Of a stretch of DNA of 64,000 nt, positions 37,991 to 50,489 are shown in pieces. Positions within the stretch are counted from its first letter, which is position 1, and every line of letters starts with the position of its first letter. The stretch spans positions 161,386,001-161,450,000 of the forward strand of contig OX597814.1 of assembly GCA_951406725.2 (NCBI GenBank), given 5' to 3'. A program made the translations under genes and the position numbers. Source of the DNA: Octopus vulgaris. Lineage: Eukaryota. Under the pieces are notes generated by a model. That model was not told where the DNA came from. It did no database searches and worked only from the letters and a program-made list of their open reading frames with translations.

Positions 37991-38799
37991 AGTTTCTCTA
38001 TTTAATTTATATTGATATTGTCTCATGAAATTTAAATTATTTTGTAAATATGCAAATGAAGCATTTTATTTTGCAGTTGATTTAATCTTTCAAAATATAC
38101 TGAGATTTTTTCATAAAAACATGGTAGAATTTATTTTCTTGAAAACATTTTTTTGAGAATAGGTTAAAGCTTTTGATGAATTTCTTAGTTTTTGTATTTT
38201 ATTTATGTATTGATATACAATTTTGTTATTTGAAATTCCTAACTGAAAACAAGCTATTTCTAAAAATAGGTGAAAATCTTGACGCTGATCATTGGTTTAC
38301 TACTTTTCACCCAAATGGGAATATTTAGAAACTGTATTTATCAGAATTAGATGAGTCACTTCAAACAGTGGTCACAGCTTGAACCTTCAATGAGGTAACA
38401 GCTGTTAATATGTAATTTCTATCAACATTAATGTCTCTTTAGCTAACACTAATGTAAGTTGATAGTGAACGCGGCTAGTGAATATTGATTTCTTACATCA
38501 CTACAAACTCTCAGATTTAAATGTGATGAGATTGTGTGATTTTCATGCCTTTTCTCAGGGCATAAGCAGTGTTAGTGAAGTGAAATAGCAACACCCAGGA
38601 ATCAAAACTGTACTGCAGATTTGTATGTTAGCAGTATGCTTCTACGTCACATTGCTTCATATTGCTTTTATTAAGAGGTATAGGGATAAAAAGCATATAC
38701 ACACAGTTTGCTATACTTATATGCTATCAAAGCTAATAAGTATTTAGTGTTCACAATGTCAATAAGTTAATGTACTATCATAGAGACATAAATTCAGTT

Positions 38800-39238
38800 A
38801 GCTTTTATTTGTGTCAGTCTTTCAGCTAAGGCTATGTTGGAGCACCATTTTGAGAAGTTTAGTTGATTAAATTGTCCCTAGTACTTTTAAGTGTGTTACT
38901 TATACTATCAATCTCTTTTTGTTGAACCACTACATTTTGGAGACATTAACAAACAAACATGGTTGTCAAACAGTGAAAGATAAAAACAAAAACACAAATA
39001 TACATACGTACATGTGTGCACACAAATGTGTGTATGCTCGTGTGCATGCACGCGTGCACACACACACACATTTGACAGACTTCCACTTGGTTTCTATGTA
39101 CCAAATTCACTCACAAGGCATTGGTTGGCTTAGAGCTACACCAGAAGACACTTGACCAAGATGCTGTGCAGTGTGATTAAACTCCAAACCACATCTTTGT
39201 GAAGTGAATTTCTTAACCACACAGATATGCCTGCATCT
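38800..39238 (-). mobile_element. Degenerate SINE family A
   Basis: Collinear with 1430-1830. Confidence 0.7.
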
Positions 39239-39497
39239 AATGTCTACATTTCCACCATGGCACACAAACTTAACCCTATTTGTGAATCTTATTTAGTGAT
39301 TTCTGTTGATGCTGGTTCAATGTCATTTTCCTCTGATGCTGGGTTTATTTTATTAGTTATGTAATTATATAACAAAAACTTTTAACCAGTTGTTCATGTA
39401 ATTAAATCCCTAATGCATATACTAGCCTCAGACAAATAATTGTTTCATTAAAGACTAGAAACTATTGTAAATGCACTACTTTCATTCTATATTAAAG

Positions 39498-39634
39498 GTC
39501 GGCGGCATGTTCAGACTAGACTAGTTGAGCCATGTGCCAAATCTGTGAACCATGGAGACTGTTATGTTCTAGTAACGGCAGATAAAGTCATTAACTGGGC
39601 AGGAGAATTCACTAATGTCATTGAGAAAGCTAAG
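39498..39634 (+). CDS. SVIL: Supervillin exon 9 (first gelsolin-like repeat)
   Basis: AAG acceptor, donor AAG|gtaaag. GRRHVQTRLVEPCAKSVNHGDCYVLV...WAGEFTNVIEKAK. Confidence 0.96.
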
Positions 39635-39959
39635 GTAAAGGAAACATTTTATTCATTTTGTTGTTTCTATTTAAGTTATATAATGACGTTGCAAATAAAA
39701 TTTCAAATAAGAATTTTTTACTTTTTTAATAAATATGGTGAGCTAGTAACTGCCTAAACCATTTCATTTTTTTTTTCAACAAAGGAAAACCTAGTGAAGA
39801 CAAACATACTAATTCCTCATCAAAGCAAAATGTTTAATTGATTATTTTATCTAAATCACATTGTAACTTTATAGCTAGTGTGCATGCATATGTGTGTGTG
39901 TATGTGGGTGCACAAGAGGTATACTGGGATCTCAGGCAGTTTGTCAGTGCAATAGTAAA

Positions 39960-40570
39960 ATTATTTTCAATGCTTGGAAAGCTCAGTAGTAGTTGATAAT
40001 TTCTGTTGTCTTGGCAACCTAATCAGTAGTGGAAGTGGGTGCTCTGAAAGCATAGTAACCAGAATAAGAACTGGGTGGAAAAAGTTCAGGATGTTATCAT
40101 CTCTGCTAGCAATAAGAAGTTTCTCTCTTTGAATTAAAGAGTAGAATGTCTGTTCCTTGTGTTTGAAGTATTGTGCTGCATCGTGGTAAGACATGGGTAC
40201 TGAACACAGAGGATGTACAAAGGTTGGAGAGGAATGAAACAAACCTGGCCCACTGGCTCTGTACTGTTAATATGCATGCATGAGGTGGTACAAATGAGTT
40301 GAAAGATAAATAAAATATAAGAGGAAACCATTGTAGTTTGCATGAAAGGAAACTGCATTGATACAGTCATATGGTGTATATGGAGGACTACGGATGGGTA
40401 AACAAATACGGATGAGTAAACTGTATCCAATGGACACAGAGGTAGAAGTGGTAAAAGCTAATGTCAGGGTGATGAATCTCACAAAAGATGTCAAAAGAAT
40501 GTGACAAATGGCAAGATGTTCTGTTGGAAAAAAGGGACGTGATGATGATGGTGGTGATGATGATGGTGAT
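39960..40570 (+). mobile_element. RTE-clade LINE 3' fragment
   Basis: VVDNFCCLGNLISSGSGCSESIVTRIRTGWKKFR remnant, (GAT)n tail. Confidence 0.75.
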
Positions 40571-41546
40571 AACAGCAGCAGTTTGTGCGTATGTGTGTGT
40601 GCGTGCACGTATATAAATAGTGATTCAGAAGCCTCTTTAGCATTAATATAATTTATCCAACATCCAGGGTAAGGTCAGTTGAGTTTTGTAATGTATGTCC
40701 CATCTCCCCATCTCTATTTCCTTCCCTCACACTTTCACCATTCTCACCACTCCCCATTGCATTCATCCCCATCCTGCACCAGTCTGAGTGCCACTTTTGA
40801 GTGTTACATTCTTGTTATATTTTCATTATTCTTATGAAGTTTGTCATTAAGATGTTTTGATGTTGGCAGTTTCCGACAGAAGCAAGTGTTTTGTAGTTAA
40901 CAATGTTCTCACCAAGGGTCATAGACTCTGTGTCATGTATTTTATGCCAGGTTTTGATGATGTATTGATGAGTAAGTTTTCTGTCCATAAATCAGTGTCT
41001 AGTAAACTTGTATTGGGGTGTCTAGAGGTATTGCAATATTTTTGTATATCGTATTAATAACTGTATTGTACGATAAGCATTTAGTGTACCCCTCATTCTC
41101 CAAATCATCAAAGTGTGGGGAATGTTGTGTTTAATGTTTTTAATGAAGAAGAGCACAATAGTTACATTTGAATTACTGGTTTGTCTTTTTATTGCTTGTT
41201 TCAACATAATCTATATTATGATTTTGAAATTATTAGTAACTTTTTGGAAATTAAGTTTTGAAAGTGATATTATTGCTAGGTGTGAATTATTGAATAACTC
41301 CATTATTTAATTAATTACATAAGCTATAAAGACTGATTTTAAACATCTTAAGATGACTGTTATGGCTTATTTATTTCTTTGATTCTATGTAATCTTCTAA
41401 AAAAATCTTTGAAAAAGAAAGTGTTGGAAAAATAAAACTGTAAGCTACAAAGACTACAAGAATAGCTTATTATTCATGACATTCATGAACGTTTTTATAA
41501 AAAAAATATGGAATAATCTTATATATTTATTTTACTTTTGTTTTAG

Positions 41547-41688
41547 TCTGCAGATATAGCTACCCATGTTCAACAGAAAAAAGATCTTGGCTATAGATCT
41601 TCAGCACAATTTGTGATGATTGACAGCAAGAAAGTATCAAGTCCTGTATTTTGGGATTTACTGCAAGGCTCTGAGGATGATTGTCAAG
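41547..41688 (+). CDS. SVIL: Supervillin exon 10
   Basis: ttttag|...G|gtataa, phase 0-1, SADIATHVQQKKDLG...FWDLLQG. Confidence 0.93.
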
Positions 41689-41939
41689 GTATAATTTATG
41701 TTGAAAAATACCATCTTTTAAAGAAATTCTGAATACTTAGAATTCTATCACTTCCATTTACTGAACAGGAATTTTTTATGTTGATATTGTTTGGAACAGT
41801 TCCCACAATACTCTTTTCCCAATAGTCCTTATCCTTTGTCGTTAAACCTGGCAAAAGTATGGATTTGAAAAATATGACACAACTACATTTTTTTTCTTGA
41901 ACTTGTTTAGGTAGTTATTAATACTAAATTGCAACTTAA

Positions 41940-42157
41940 GGCAACTTGAGCTGGCTGAATCGTTAGCACACTAAACAAAATTCTTAGTGGCATTTGTCCA
42001 TCTTTATGTTCTGATTTCAAATTCCACTAAGGTTGACTTTACCTGTCATACTTTCAGGGTTGATAAAATAAATAGCAGTCGAGCATTGGTGTCAATGTAA
42101 TTGATTTATCCCTTCCCCAAAATTGCTGGCCTTGTGCCAAAATTTGAAATGAATATG
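41940..42157 (+). mobile_element. SINE family B
   Basis: Collinear with 37773-37990. Confidence 0.8.
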
Positions 42158-42559
42158 AGATTGCAGCTTCTCACCTTATTCAAGCCACAAATTCTCCTCA
42201 TATTCCAAAAATCAGAGCAGCTGTTTCTCTCTCATATACTTTCCACTGTTACTAATTTAAATGCATAAACTTTTAGGGTTTCAGTCTTTGAAGAAAGTTT
42301 TTTTATTACTCATCTTGTAATGTTTTTATAAGTAACTGAGACATATCTCAATAGTTTTAACATTCTTTACAAACATTGTCTAATATATACAAGGAAAAGA
42401 GAAAGATATATTATCTTGTACCAAGTTTCCTGTTTAAGAGTGAGAAAAATAATGCATTTTTTTGAAAACTGTTGTTGTAGAATATTTTCACTATAGACGT
42501 TTTTCCTCTGTAATGAAACTGTAATTTAGTGTATGATTCAGTGATTATATTTGTATATC

Positions 42560-43140
42560 TCATCTCATCTTCTTCACTCACTTATTCCTGGGACTTCTAT
42601 TGGGTCTGTCAGAAGCAACCCTTTCCAATTTATCCAATTGGATCTCAAGTGAGGCCAACTGCACTTATGGATGTTATCCAATCATCTTGCACTTGGCCTA
42701 CTACTGGATCTCCTGCTAGTTGCTTTTCCCTATAAAACTTGTCCAGTGATCTTTTCTCTAAACATTCTTACCACATGTCCATAGTATCAAAGCTGAGATC
42801 TCTCAATTCAGAGAAATAGCAGCTCTGCTTGGAGTGCCTCTCTGGTCATCAAGCTACACACTTTCAAGTAATGTTACTTCAAAGATCCTTTGGAGGAACT
42901 CTGTTTTGGTTACTTGTATTTGCAATCATGTTCTTTTAGTCTTTACCCAAGATTCATAACCATAGATAAAGTTGGACATCAAATTTGAAGATCATGAGTT
43001 TAGCTTTTACACTTACCTTCCTTCTTCTCATGACTAACTGCTGAAGCTGGTGCATTACTGCACCAGCACCTGCAATTCTTGCACTTAATTCACCCTCCTG
43101 CCTTCTCTCAGTAAATTTAATCCAAAGATATATCCTGGTA
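42560..43140 (-). mobile_element. Expander/Rex3-like RTE LINE 3' fragment
   Basis: Minus-strand remnant FIYGYESWVKTKRT...EFLQRI...ELLFL*IERSQL*YYGHVVRM, a different lineage from the (GAT)-tailed RTE. Confidence 0.75.
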
Positions 43141-43546
43141 TTCTGTATAACTATCTCATATATTTATTGATTGCAACATGAACTGTATGTTTCAGTACAA
43201 TTTTCAGTCAGTTTTTGCTGAACATCCCCCTTTCATAGATAAAATTTTGCATGTATTTTTCTATAGATTTATAATTGTTATTTATACTATTGTAGAGACG
43301 TATAAGATATAAATTCTAAAAGATTGTAAGGTCATACACCATTGCATCACTCTTTATTAGTGGGATAAAGTAATTCTTATGATCATTCACAAGAATTGAA
43401 GTTTATAACCTTATAGTTTCAATCTATGTGATGATAGTTAAAATTCTTTACTGTAAATATTATCAAAGTCACATGTTTTAGCTATATTTTTGCTCACAAT
43501 AATATTCATATTTATTCTATTAAAACCTGGTCTTTCTCTTTTTCAG

Positions 43547-43692
43547 AGTGCGGACCTCCTGATGAAGATGAATTATATGAAAATGCTATAGTTAGTAGAA
43601 ATATGATCTATAAGATTGAAAAGAATTGCTTGAAACCATATGAAGAATACTGGGGAGATTCTCCAAAACATGAAATGTTGAAGAGCAATGAA
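43547..43692 (+). CDS. SVIL: Supervillin exon 11
   Basis: tttcag|...|gttagt, phase 1-0, CGPPDEDELYE...PYEEYWGDSPK. Confidence 0.94.
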
Positions 43693-44496
43693 GTTAGTTT
43701 ATATACCTCATTAAAAATTTGTCGCTATAACTATTTATCTAAACATTTGTTGTCATTGTCTTTTGAAGTACTTTGTGAGTTTTCACATTTATTATTTCAA
43801 TTGAAAATGTTCCCTGTAGCTCATTTTCCCATACATTGCAATAACATGTTAGAACACTAATTAGGATGTTTCCGCTACTCTTATAATTTCCCTAACTAAT
43901 GGTTTTATATAGAATTTTACCTGGCAGTTTGTTTTATAATGTACCTAACCAATATTGTTATTTTATTATTTTATCTATAAACTCATGTCCTTGACTGAAT
44001 TTTTGTAAAGTAACATCACTGGTCTTCTTTTCAAATCTGTGCTCTTCAATTTTTCCAACATTTGTGTAAATTTCTGGCACTATTCTTTTTCAACTGATCT
44101 TTGATTATTGTTTATAAATTAATAGTTCTGTTTTGTGTGTGTGTGTTTGTGTGCACAGTTGTGTAGTTGCATATGTCCATGTATGTGTGTTTCTGTGAAC
44201 ATGTATGTAGTTACATGTATCCACATATATTTGTGTATGTGCTTGAAAATCATGTGAGTTAGATTAATGCTCAATCTGATAATTTTGTCCAGAATTAGTC
44301 TTAAATTATGTTGTTTCATTAATATTGAAAAGATAGCAGCTGTTATTTTGTGTTCTTAGAGTTATAGCAAGAACAGATGACAATTTGATAAATAAAACTT
44401 ACATTTATCAATTCCAATAGCTAAACTAATATTATCTTCAGATGATTGTTACTATGTATACACTATGAGCTTACATATATTCAAATTTTGTTTCAG

Positions 44497-44653
44497 GTAC
44501 TAGTCTTTGATTTTGGCTGTGAATTATATGTCTGGCAAGGAAAGAAAGCTTCACCTTTAAAGAAAAAGCTGGGGCTTGAACTTGCTCAGCAGCTTTGGAA
44601 CAAAGGCTACGATTATGAGTCTGCAATAATAAATCAGATGTCTCCTCTAAGAT
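44497..44653 (+). CDS. SVIL: Supervillin exon 12
   Basis: tttcag|...T|gtatga, phase 0-1, VLVFDFGCELYVWQGK...LAQQLWNKGYDY. Confidence 0.95.
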
Positions 44654-44934
44654 GTATGAATCAAAGCACTTTTATTTTTAAATCATTTTAGCAATATTTT
44701 GTTATTCCATATTTTAGTAGCAAATTGTAATTTCATATTTCAATACAGATTATTATAAATTTACCAGTTTTCTCACCAATTAAATTAAAATCGTCTTTGT
44801 GTTAGATTACTGACCCTCTTGGTCTTGAGTTCAAGATTAAATAAACACACCATTCTACTAGCTTTAGTTACCTCACTTTATTATAACAGTTCAGTATTTC
44901 ATAAGAATATCTAGCTGAAATAACATTTCCTTCA

Positions 44935-45440
44935 CTGTCATCCTCCTCGTTGAAATGGATTGGATGGTTCAACAGAGTCTCAAAGCCAGACAGTTGTGTT
45001 GAGCTTCAATGTCTGTTTTGGCATGCTTTCTAAGGCAGGATGCCTTTCTTAATACCCACCACTTTACAGAGTGCACTGAGTACTTTTTTCATGGAACTAG
45101 CACTTGTAAGGTCAACAAATAACTCACATGATAAGACACCACTACTGAGTGAGGGTGTAGTATTGAGAGGTGACTCTATGCCAGGCATTGAGAAATTAAA
45201 GTATGACAGAGGAGCAGGAACAGGTGTCTTACCATAGAGGAGATGCATGGTTACCCTAGCTGGAAAGAATGAAAAGACATGATGATGATGAGGTGTCAGG
45301 GTGAAACCTCAAACTACAAGAAGGTGAGTATAAGAGAAAATACTGATAGTAGATTGGAATGGGTTGGTGGGTAGGTAATTTTACATAAGTATGAAAGAAA
45401 AGTGACAAATGGTTAGAGATGGGAACAGAGGGGAATGCTG
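44935..45440 (-). mobile_element. RTE-tail-bearing non-autonomous repeat
   Basis: Reverse complement of 54900-55325, including the RTE 3' UTR. Confidence 0.65.
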
Positions 45441-45478
45441 TGAATAGTGACTTTAAAGAAATATATTTTTAATTTCAG

Positions 45479-45648
45479 TGACTGCAGAAGGTGATGTAGA
45501 GAGTGACAAATGTAGCCGCCCCAACTGGGCTATATTTGGCAAGGTCAATGAAAATATGGAAACTATAGCTTTTCGAGAGAAATTTGCTGATTGGCCTGAT
45601 TCCACTCGACTGATTAAAGTGAAGAGCCTAGAGAAAAATACATCAAAA
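45479..45648 (+). CDS. SVIL: Supervillin exon 13
   Basis: tttcag|...|gtaaga, phase 1-0, RPNWAIFGKVNENMETIAFREKFADWP. Confidence 0.94.
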
Positions 45649-45734
45649 GTAAGAATATTTATACAATATGAAGTATGAACTTGTATTTTTGTAGAATACT
45701 AATTGAAGATTAAATGTTTTACAAGGCATCAATT

Positions 45735-46143
45735 TTTCCTTACATCATCTTGTGATGCACCTGGACATAATCTGGAATGATTAGATGTTTTGGGTCTTTC
45801 AACATCAAATACCCTCGCCCAGGCAACCCTGCTGGGGGATCATCAAGCTCCAACTTGAGTCCAGTTTGCACTGCCCCTCCCAGGGCTTGCACTTCCTCAC
45901 CTAAGGCCACCTTGAGGCAACCTTTGCTGCCTCTACAACCAATTTGATGGCTTCTGCCTACTTGCCTTTGTGATGCCAAGCAATTTATAAGCTCTGCAGA
46001 AGGAGTGGCTTGCAAACCCTTTGCGAAGTAGCTTGCAAATCCCTCAATGGGATCATACTTTGCTTGCTACCCATTCGTTTGGCATAACTTCCGTAGCTCA
46101 ACATATTTTCTCCTCTTACTCCTATTTGCTTCCTTAGAACGTT
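45735..46143 (-). mobile_element. HERO-like (RLE-type) non-LTR retrotransposon 3' fragment
   Basis: Frameshifted remnant EANRSKRRKYVELRKLCQTNG*QAKYDPIE / KGFASHSFCRAYKLLGI / AIKLVVEAAKVASRW. GC-rich relative to the flanks. Confidence 0.75.
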
Positions 46144-46244
46144 TGTTGATACTGATAATGCATTTTTCAGTTAACTACACCAAGTACAAGAAACATTTGT
46201 TTAATTTATTGAGTAGTATGTAGTTATGCTGTGTGAGACATTCT

Positions 46245-46413
46245 CATGTTGTCTTAAGGTATAGGCACACTGGGCATTTGTCCAGAAACCTCATAGGTCT
46301 ATGGATCCGGTTTTGATCTATGTATACTGTGGCTTGCTGTCAATCAATAAATACTATAGGGCTGAGCATATTGATTTGCTCAGGGGCCTACAATGTTGTT
46401 TAAAGTAGTCTAG
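46245..46413. mobile_element. hAT-type MITE
   Basis: Perfect 8-bp TSD gacattct (46237-46244 and 46414-46421), degenerate TIRs, subterminal ggggcct motif. Confidence 0.65.
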
Positions 46414-47278
46414 GACATTCTGTAATGTAAAAGAAAACTATTTCAATTCCCTACCTGTCCACACTCATGCAATTAACTCCCTTAGAACCCTGTTACCAAA
46501 ATCACTTTCTTCCTGATTGTTGAAATGTGATTCATTTTAAAAATTGTAATTTTGATTTTTTTTTTGCCCATGAATGAAAGTGTAAATGCTTAGCAAGTTC
46601 TTTTTGTTTCATCTAAATATTTTACTCATGCATTTGTCACCTAGGCTTGTTAGAATATATTTAGATTTATAGAAAATTTTATTTATCTTCTCTCAATTTT
46701 AAACTAATTATTTTTTTACTATAGTAAATTATAAAACTCAGCCTCTCTTCTCAGTTTTATATTGGGGTCAAATTTCATTTCGATATTTGATTGCTTTTTT
46801 AATTTAAAATATATCTTATTATTTCAAATATTTTGAATTTTTTTTACACATATTTTACCAGTATTTTGTCAATATACAAATTGTATACAAATGCTATTTT
46901 ATCGCAGTAAGCAGTATTTAATTTTATAGTTATGTAATATGTAAGTAGTAGATTTGATCATTTCCATCTGGGAATTAATACTGACCAAGGTTGATATGAA
47001 AGAAGTAAATAATGCATTTTATAAAATAAAGTCTTTTATTCTGGTTTCTGTTGTGCTGTAACCATTGTGGGGTGCTGCCTTCAAAGATTTTTAGATGAAA
47101 CTTGAAGTTTTTCAAGTTGTTGGCTTCATCAAACAGTAAAGATTTTTTGGTTTCTCAAGCCTTTTACATGTTTTTGGTTTATCTTATGGGTGAGACTTTG
47201 GTGATTTTTAGTTTCTGTGAATTGAAAGACTACTGCTTGGAATCTTTTTTTACCAGTTTATTCTTTGTATTTTGTTAG

Positions 47279-47394
47279 CAAACAGATCACAGTGACTTGG
47301 TAGCTTATGATGGTGGAAAGTTAGCTGAGAGACCTCATCCAGGACCTTATTTGATGGTTCTTGAAGGAAGTAATGTCGGCAGAGGAACACACTG
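47279..47394 (+). CDS. SVIL: Supervillin exon 14
   Basis: tgttag|...TG|gtaagt, phase 0-2, ...LMVLEGSNVGRG. Confidence 0.92.
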
Positions 47395-48519
47395 GTAAGT
47401 GTATTTGATTCTAACATATATCACATAAAATATATAAAGATGAATATAGTGACATAAGTAAACATTGAATGTCCATAGCATGTCTTCAGAATTAAATCAA
47501 CTCAAATGCATTGCCTTTTGAGAGAGATTGCAAGCTAATAGACTTTTTTTTTCTATAATTAATTGTATAAAGTGGAGATACAATGCTGTAACACTTGCAG
47601 CCATTCTTGCTCTGAAAGAGTTGGCTAATGACATCGTCTCATAGACACATGCAGAAACTTGAACATGCACAAACACTAATGGTGTGAGCACATATACAAA
47701 TAATCTCCACTCTTATATGCACTCGTGTGCGCACACACAGCTAATTCATGTATGTATGTGTAAATGCACCAGTTGCATTCATATGTGTTATGTGCCAGTA
47801 GCATTTATTTGAATCTCTGTCTTGCTCCCTCTCTATCTCATGCAGTTTTACCATCCTTTTTTCACAGTATGACATGCTTTTACACCACAGCAATGTATTT
47901 TGAGCACTTTCATAAAATAAATAATAATGATATCAAAATGCAATAGCCAGAGAGGCCAAATCAAGGCAACCCGTATAGATCCTGGTTGCTCTTAACAGAA
48001 AAGCAAGTGCCTTCCCTCCACAAACAAAACTCGAAAGCTGACACATCCATCAACACTACTCACTAATCTTAATTCTCTTTCATGAGATTTATAAGGAGTT
48101 TGGATTTTTCTCTCTGTCCTCATCATTTACTTCAAGTGATTGTGGAAGAAGACTGTGATTCACAGACAGAAAAGGCTTAACTTCAAATATATCACTCTTA
48201 TCCAGTAAACTATCCATTTTGCTATAGCCAACAGGTATAAAAATACTGATCAACCTTCCGTTTTAAAAGAGGTAATGGAAAAAGTTTTACTATAGTTGCC
48301 ATAGACAACTTAGTTTATGCTGCACACTGTGGCAATTATTTAGCATCAGTTCAGTGGATGGTGAATCACTGGCAGCCAACAAAAGCATGGAGGACAGTTT
48401 CATCATATTTCAGACATGTCATGTGATTTCAACTGTACAGTTTGTCACAAACAAATAATACTCCTTAGTAACAACAATAATACTTATGTTAAATCTTAAT
48501 GGTTTATATTCTTTTTAAG

Positions 48520-48689
48520 GGATGAAGACATGGATGGTTTCATACAGCATTTTGAAATAACAACGATAGCAGTCACAGTGTGGCATGTTCTTGAGTTTGA
48601 CCATTATAAACTAGATTATATCAGCAATGGTCAGTTTCATGATGGAGATACATATGTTGTGAGATGGGAATATAGAATAGTAGCTACAG
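48520..48689 (+). CDS. SVIL: Supervillin exon 15
   Basis: tttttaag|...G|gtaaat, phase 2-1, VTVWHVLEFD...GQFHDGDTYVVRWEY. Confidence 0.95.
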
Positions 48690-48964
48690 GTAAATAGTTT
48701 TTGTTTCTTTATTTGAGTTTTCAATGATTTTAGGAATGCACTAAATACACTGAAGTGATTTATAAAATATTCTTAAAGAGAGATCTTCTTTAAATATACA
48801 AAATAATATTAATTTTAGTAATGTCATTTCAGTGCTTTTTCTTTCAAATAAACTAATAACTGTTTAATAAATTTACTAGATTATGTAATTTGATACAGTT
48901 TTGTCATATTTTATTGTATTTATTTGAAATATGAGTCATAATACCTTTTTTTGTGTTTGCTCAG

Positions 48965-49107
48965 GAGCCAAAAGTGGATCTAGACGGTCTACTGTAGGCC
49001 GTGAGAGATGTGCCTACTTTTTTTGGCAAGGTAAAAACTCTACTATCACTGAAAAGGGGGCATCTGCACTGATGACTGTTGAGCTTGATGAAGAAAGAGG
49101 ACCACAA
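48965..49107 (+). CDS. SVIL: Supervillin exon 16
   Basis: ctcag|...|gtaagt, phase 1-0, [37 protein letters not shown]. Confidence 0.96.
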
Positions 49108-49688
49108 GTAAGTCTGTTTCAGTAATTAAGTTACTACTTTCATTAAATATTCAAAGCAAATTTTTGAGAATCAGTAATTTTTGAAGATGGGAATTTTTGT
49201 TAATTGTTTAGACAAGAGAGATAGGCAGTGGTCATGCTTCTTTTTAGAACCTCTGAAACTGGAGGGAAGGAGGGAGGGAGGTAAGAACCCAAATGCTTGC
49301 TGTACAGTAGACTCTGCTAGAAGCACCCCAGAATTAGGTGATGATACTAAACCAAGTAATTAATTAAGTCTGCCACCTAAGTAGATTACAGTGTGATTTG
49401 AACTTAGAATGAAAAGAAAAAACAAAACAGAACAAGTACTGCAAGGCTTTTCATTTGATCCCTAATGATTCTGTACATCCACCACCCTAAAAACCAAAGT
49501 TGGCTTTGGAATTTGAATTTAAAATACAAGTCATAATTGCTCTAATGACTCTGCTAATTTAGCATCAAAATTTGACTTTATTTTTGTGAAGTATATCCTG
49601 AAGAGATATACTTCACTAAGAGATTAATGTTTGTTGCTTTTTATAATACAATCACAGAGAAATTAATATTTATTAATCTGCATTTTAG

Positions 49689-50005
49689 GTTCGAGTATTA
49701 GAAGGGAAAGAACCACCATGTTTCCTGAATTTATTTGGAGGTAAGATGATTGTTCATGTTGGAAGACGAGAAGAAGAGGAGACAAACACACAAGAACCCT
49801 GGAAGTTCTTCTGTCTCAGAAATGAGAAAAGTAATGAAGTATGCCTTATTGAATTAGAATCTGCAAATACCTCAGCCTTAAGAAGCCGGTCTTCCTTTAT
49901 TTTACTGAATGTTCTAACAGGAAAAGTTTTCATTTGGCACGGATCAAAATCTTCTCCAAATACAAGAGAACTGGCACAGATTGCAGTTGCGAATGTACTG
50001 AAAAG
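49689..50005 (+). CDS. SVIL: Supervillin exon 17
   Basis: ttttag|...AG|gtaatt, phase 0-2, VRVLEGKEPPCFLNLFGG...LRSRSSF...FIWHG. Confidence 0.96.
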
Positions 50006-50199
50006 GTAATTACTGTTGCCTCTCTGTTCACTTTGTACCTATATGTTCTAAGATGATTAATTTATTTAGAGTAAACCTTTTTTTAGCTATTTATTTATCT
50101 CGTTTTTAGAAGTGAAGCTTTTTCAATATTTACATCTATGCTATGCCTTTAAGCAGTTTGATTGCTGGATGTCATCAAGCGTCTTATTCCTAGATGTGT

Positions 50200-50450
50200 A
50201 CTTAATACAAGACTGGATTTGAATTTATTTCTAAATTAAGTGTAATGTGTGAATGTGTGCATAGAACTTCTACACCACATTTCGACTGGTTTAGCCTAAG
50301 ATAATCTGATGAGGATTTAAGCTCAGATCAGTTGAAATGTAGTGAAGATAGATATAAATAAATATATTTTTAAATCTCTATCTAAAAATTGGGCTTAAAA
50401 CTATATTCATATTAACAACTCATTTCAGTTCTTGGTTTCTTTACATCACA
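50200..50450 (+). mobile_element. Possible Penelope-like terminal repeat with degenerate hammerhead motif
   Basis: CTGATGA at 50306, GAAA at 50334, inverted repeat acatttcgactggt / atcagttgaaatgt, downstream AATAAA. Confidence 0.45.
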
Positions 50451-50489
50451 ATTTAATTTGAATTCTTTTCTTTTAGTTTATCACGCTAT

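Noticed and set aside
45740-46015. 91-aa minus-strand ORF as a standalone gene
   Set aside because: Mostly an off-frame reading of the HERO-like fragment.
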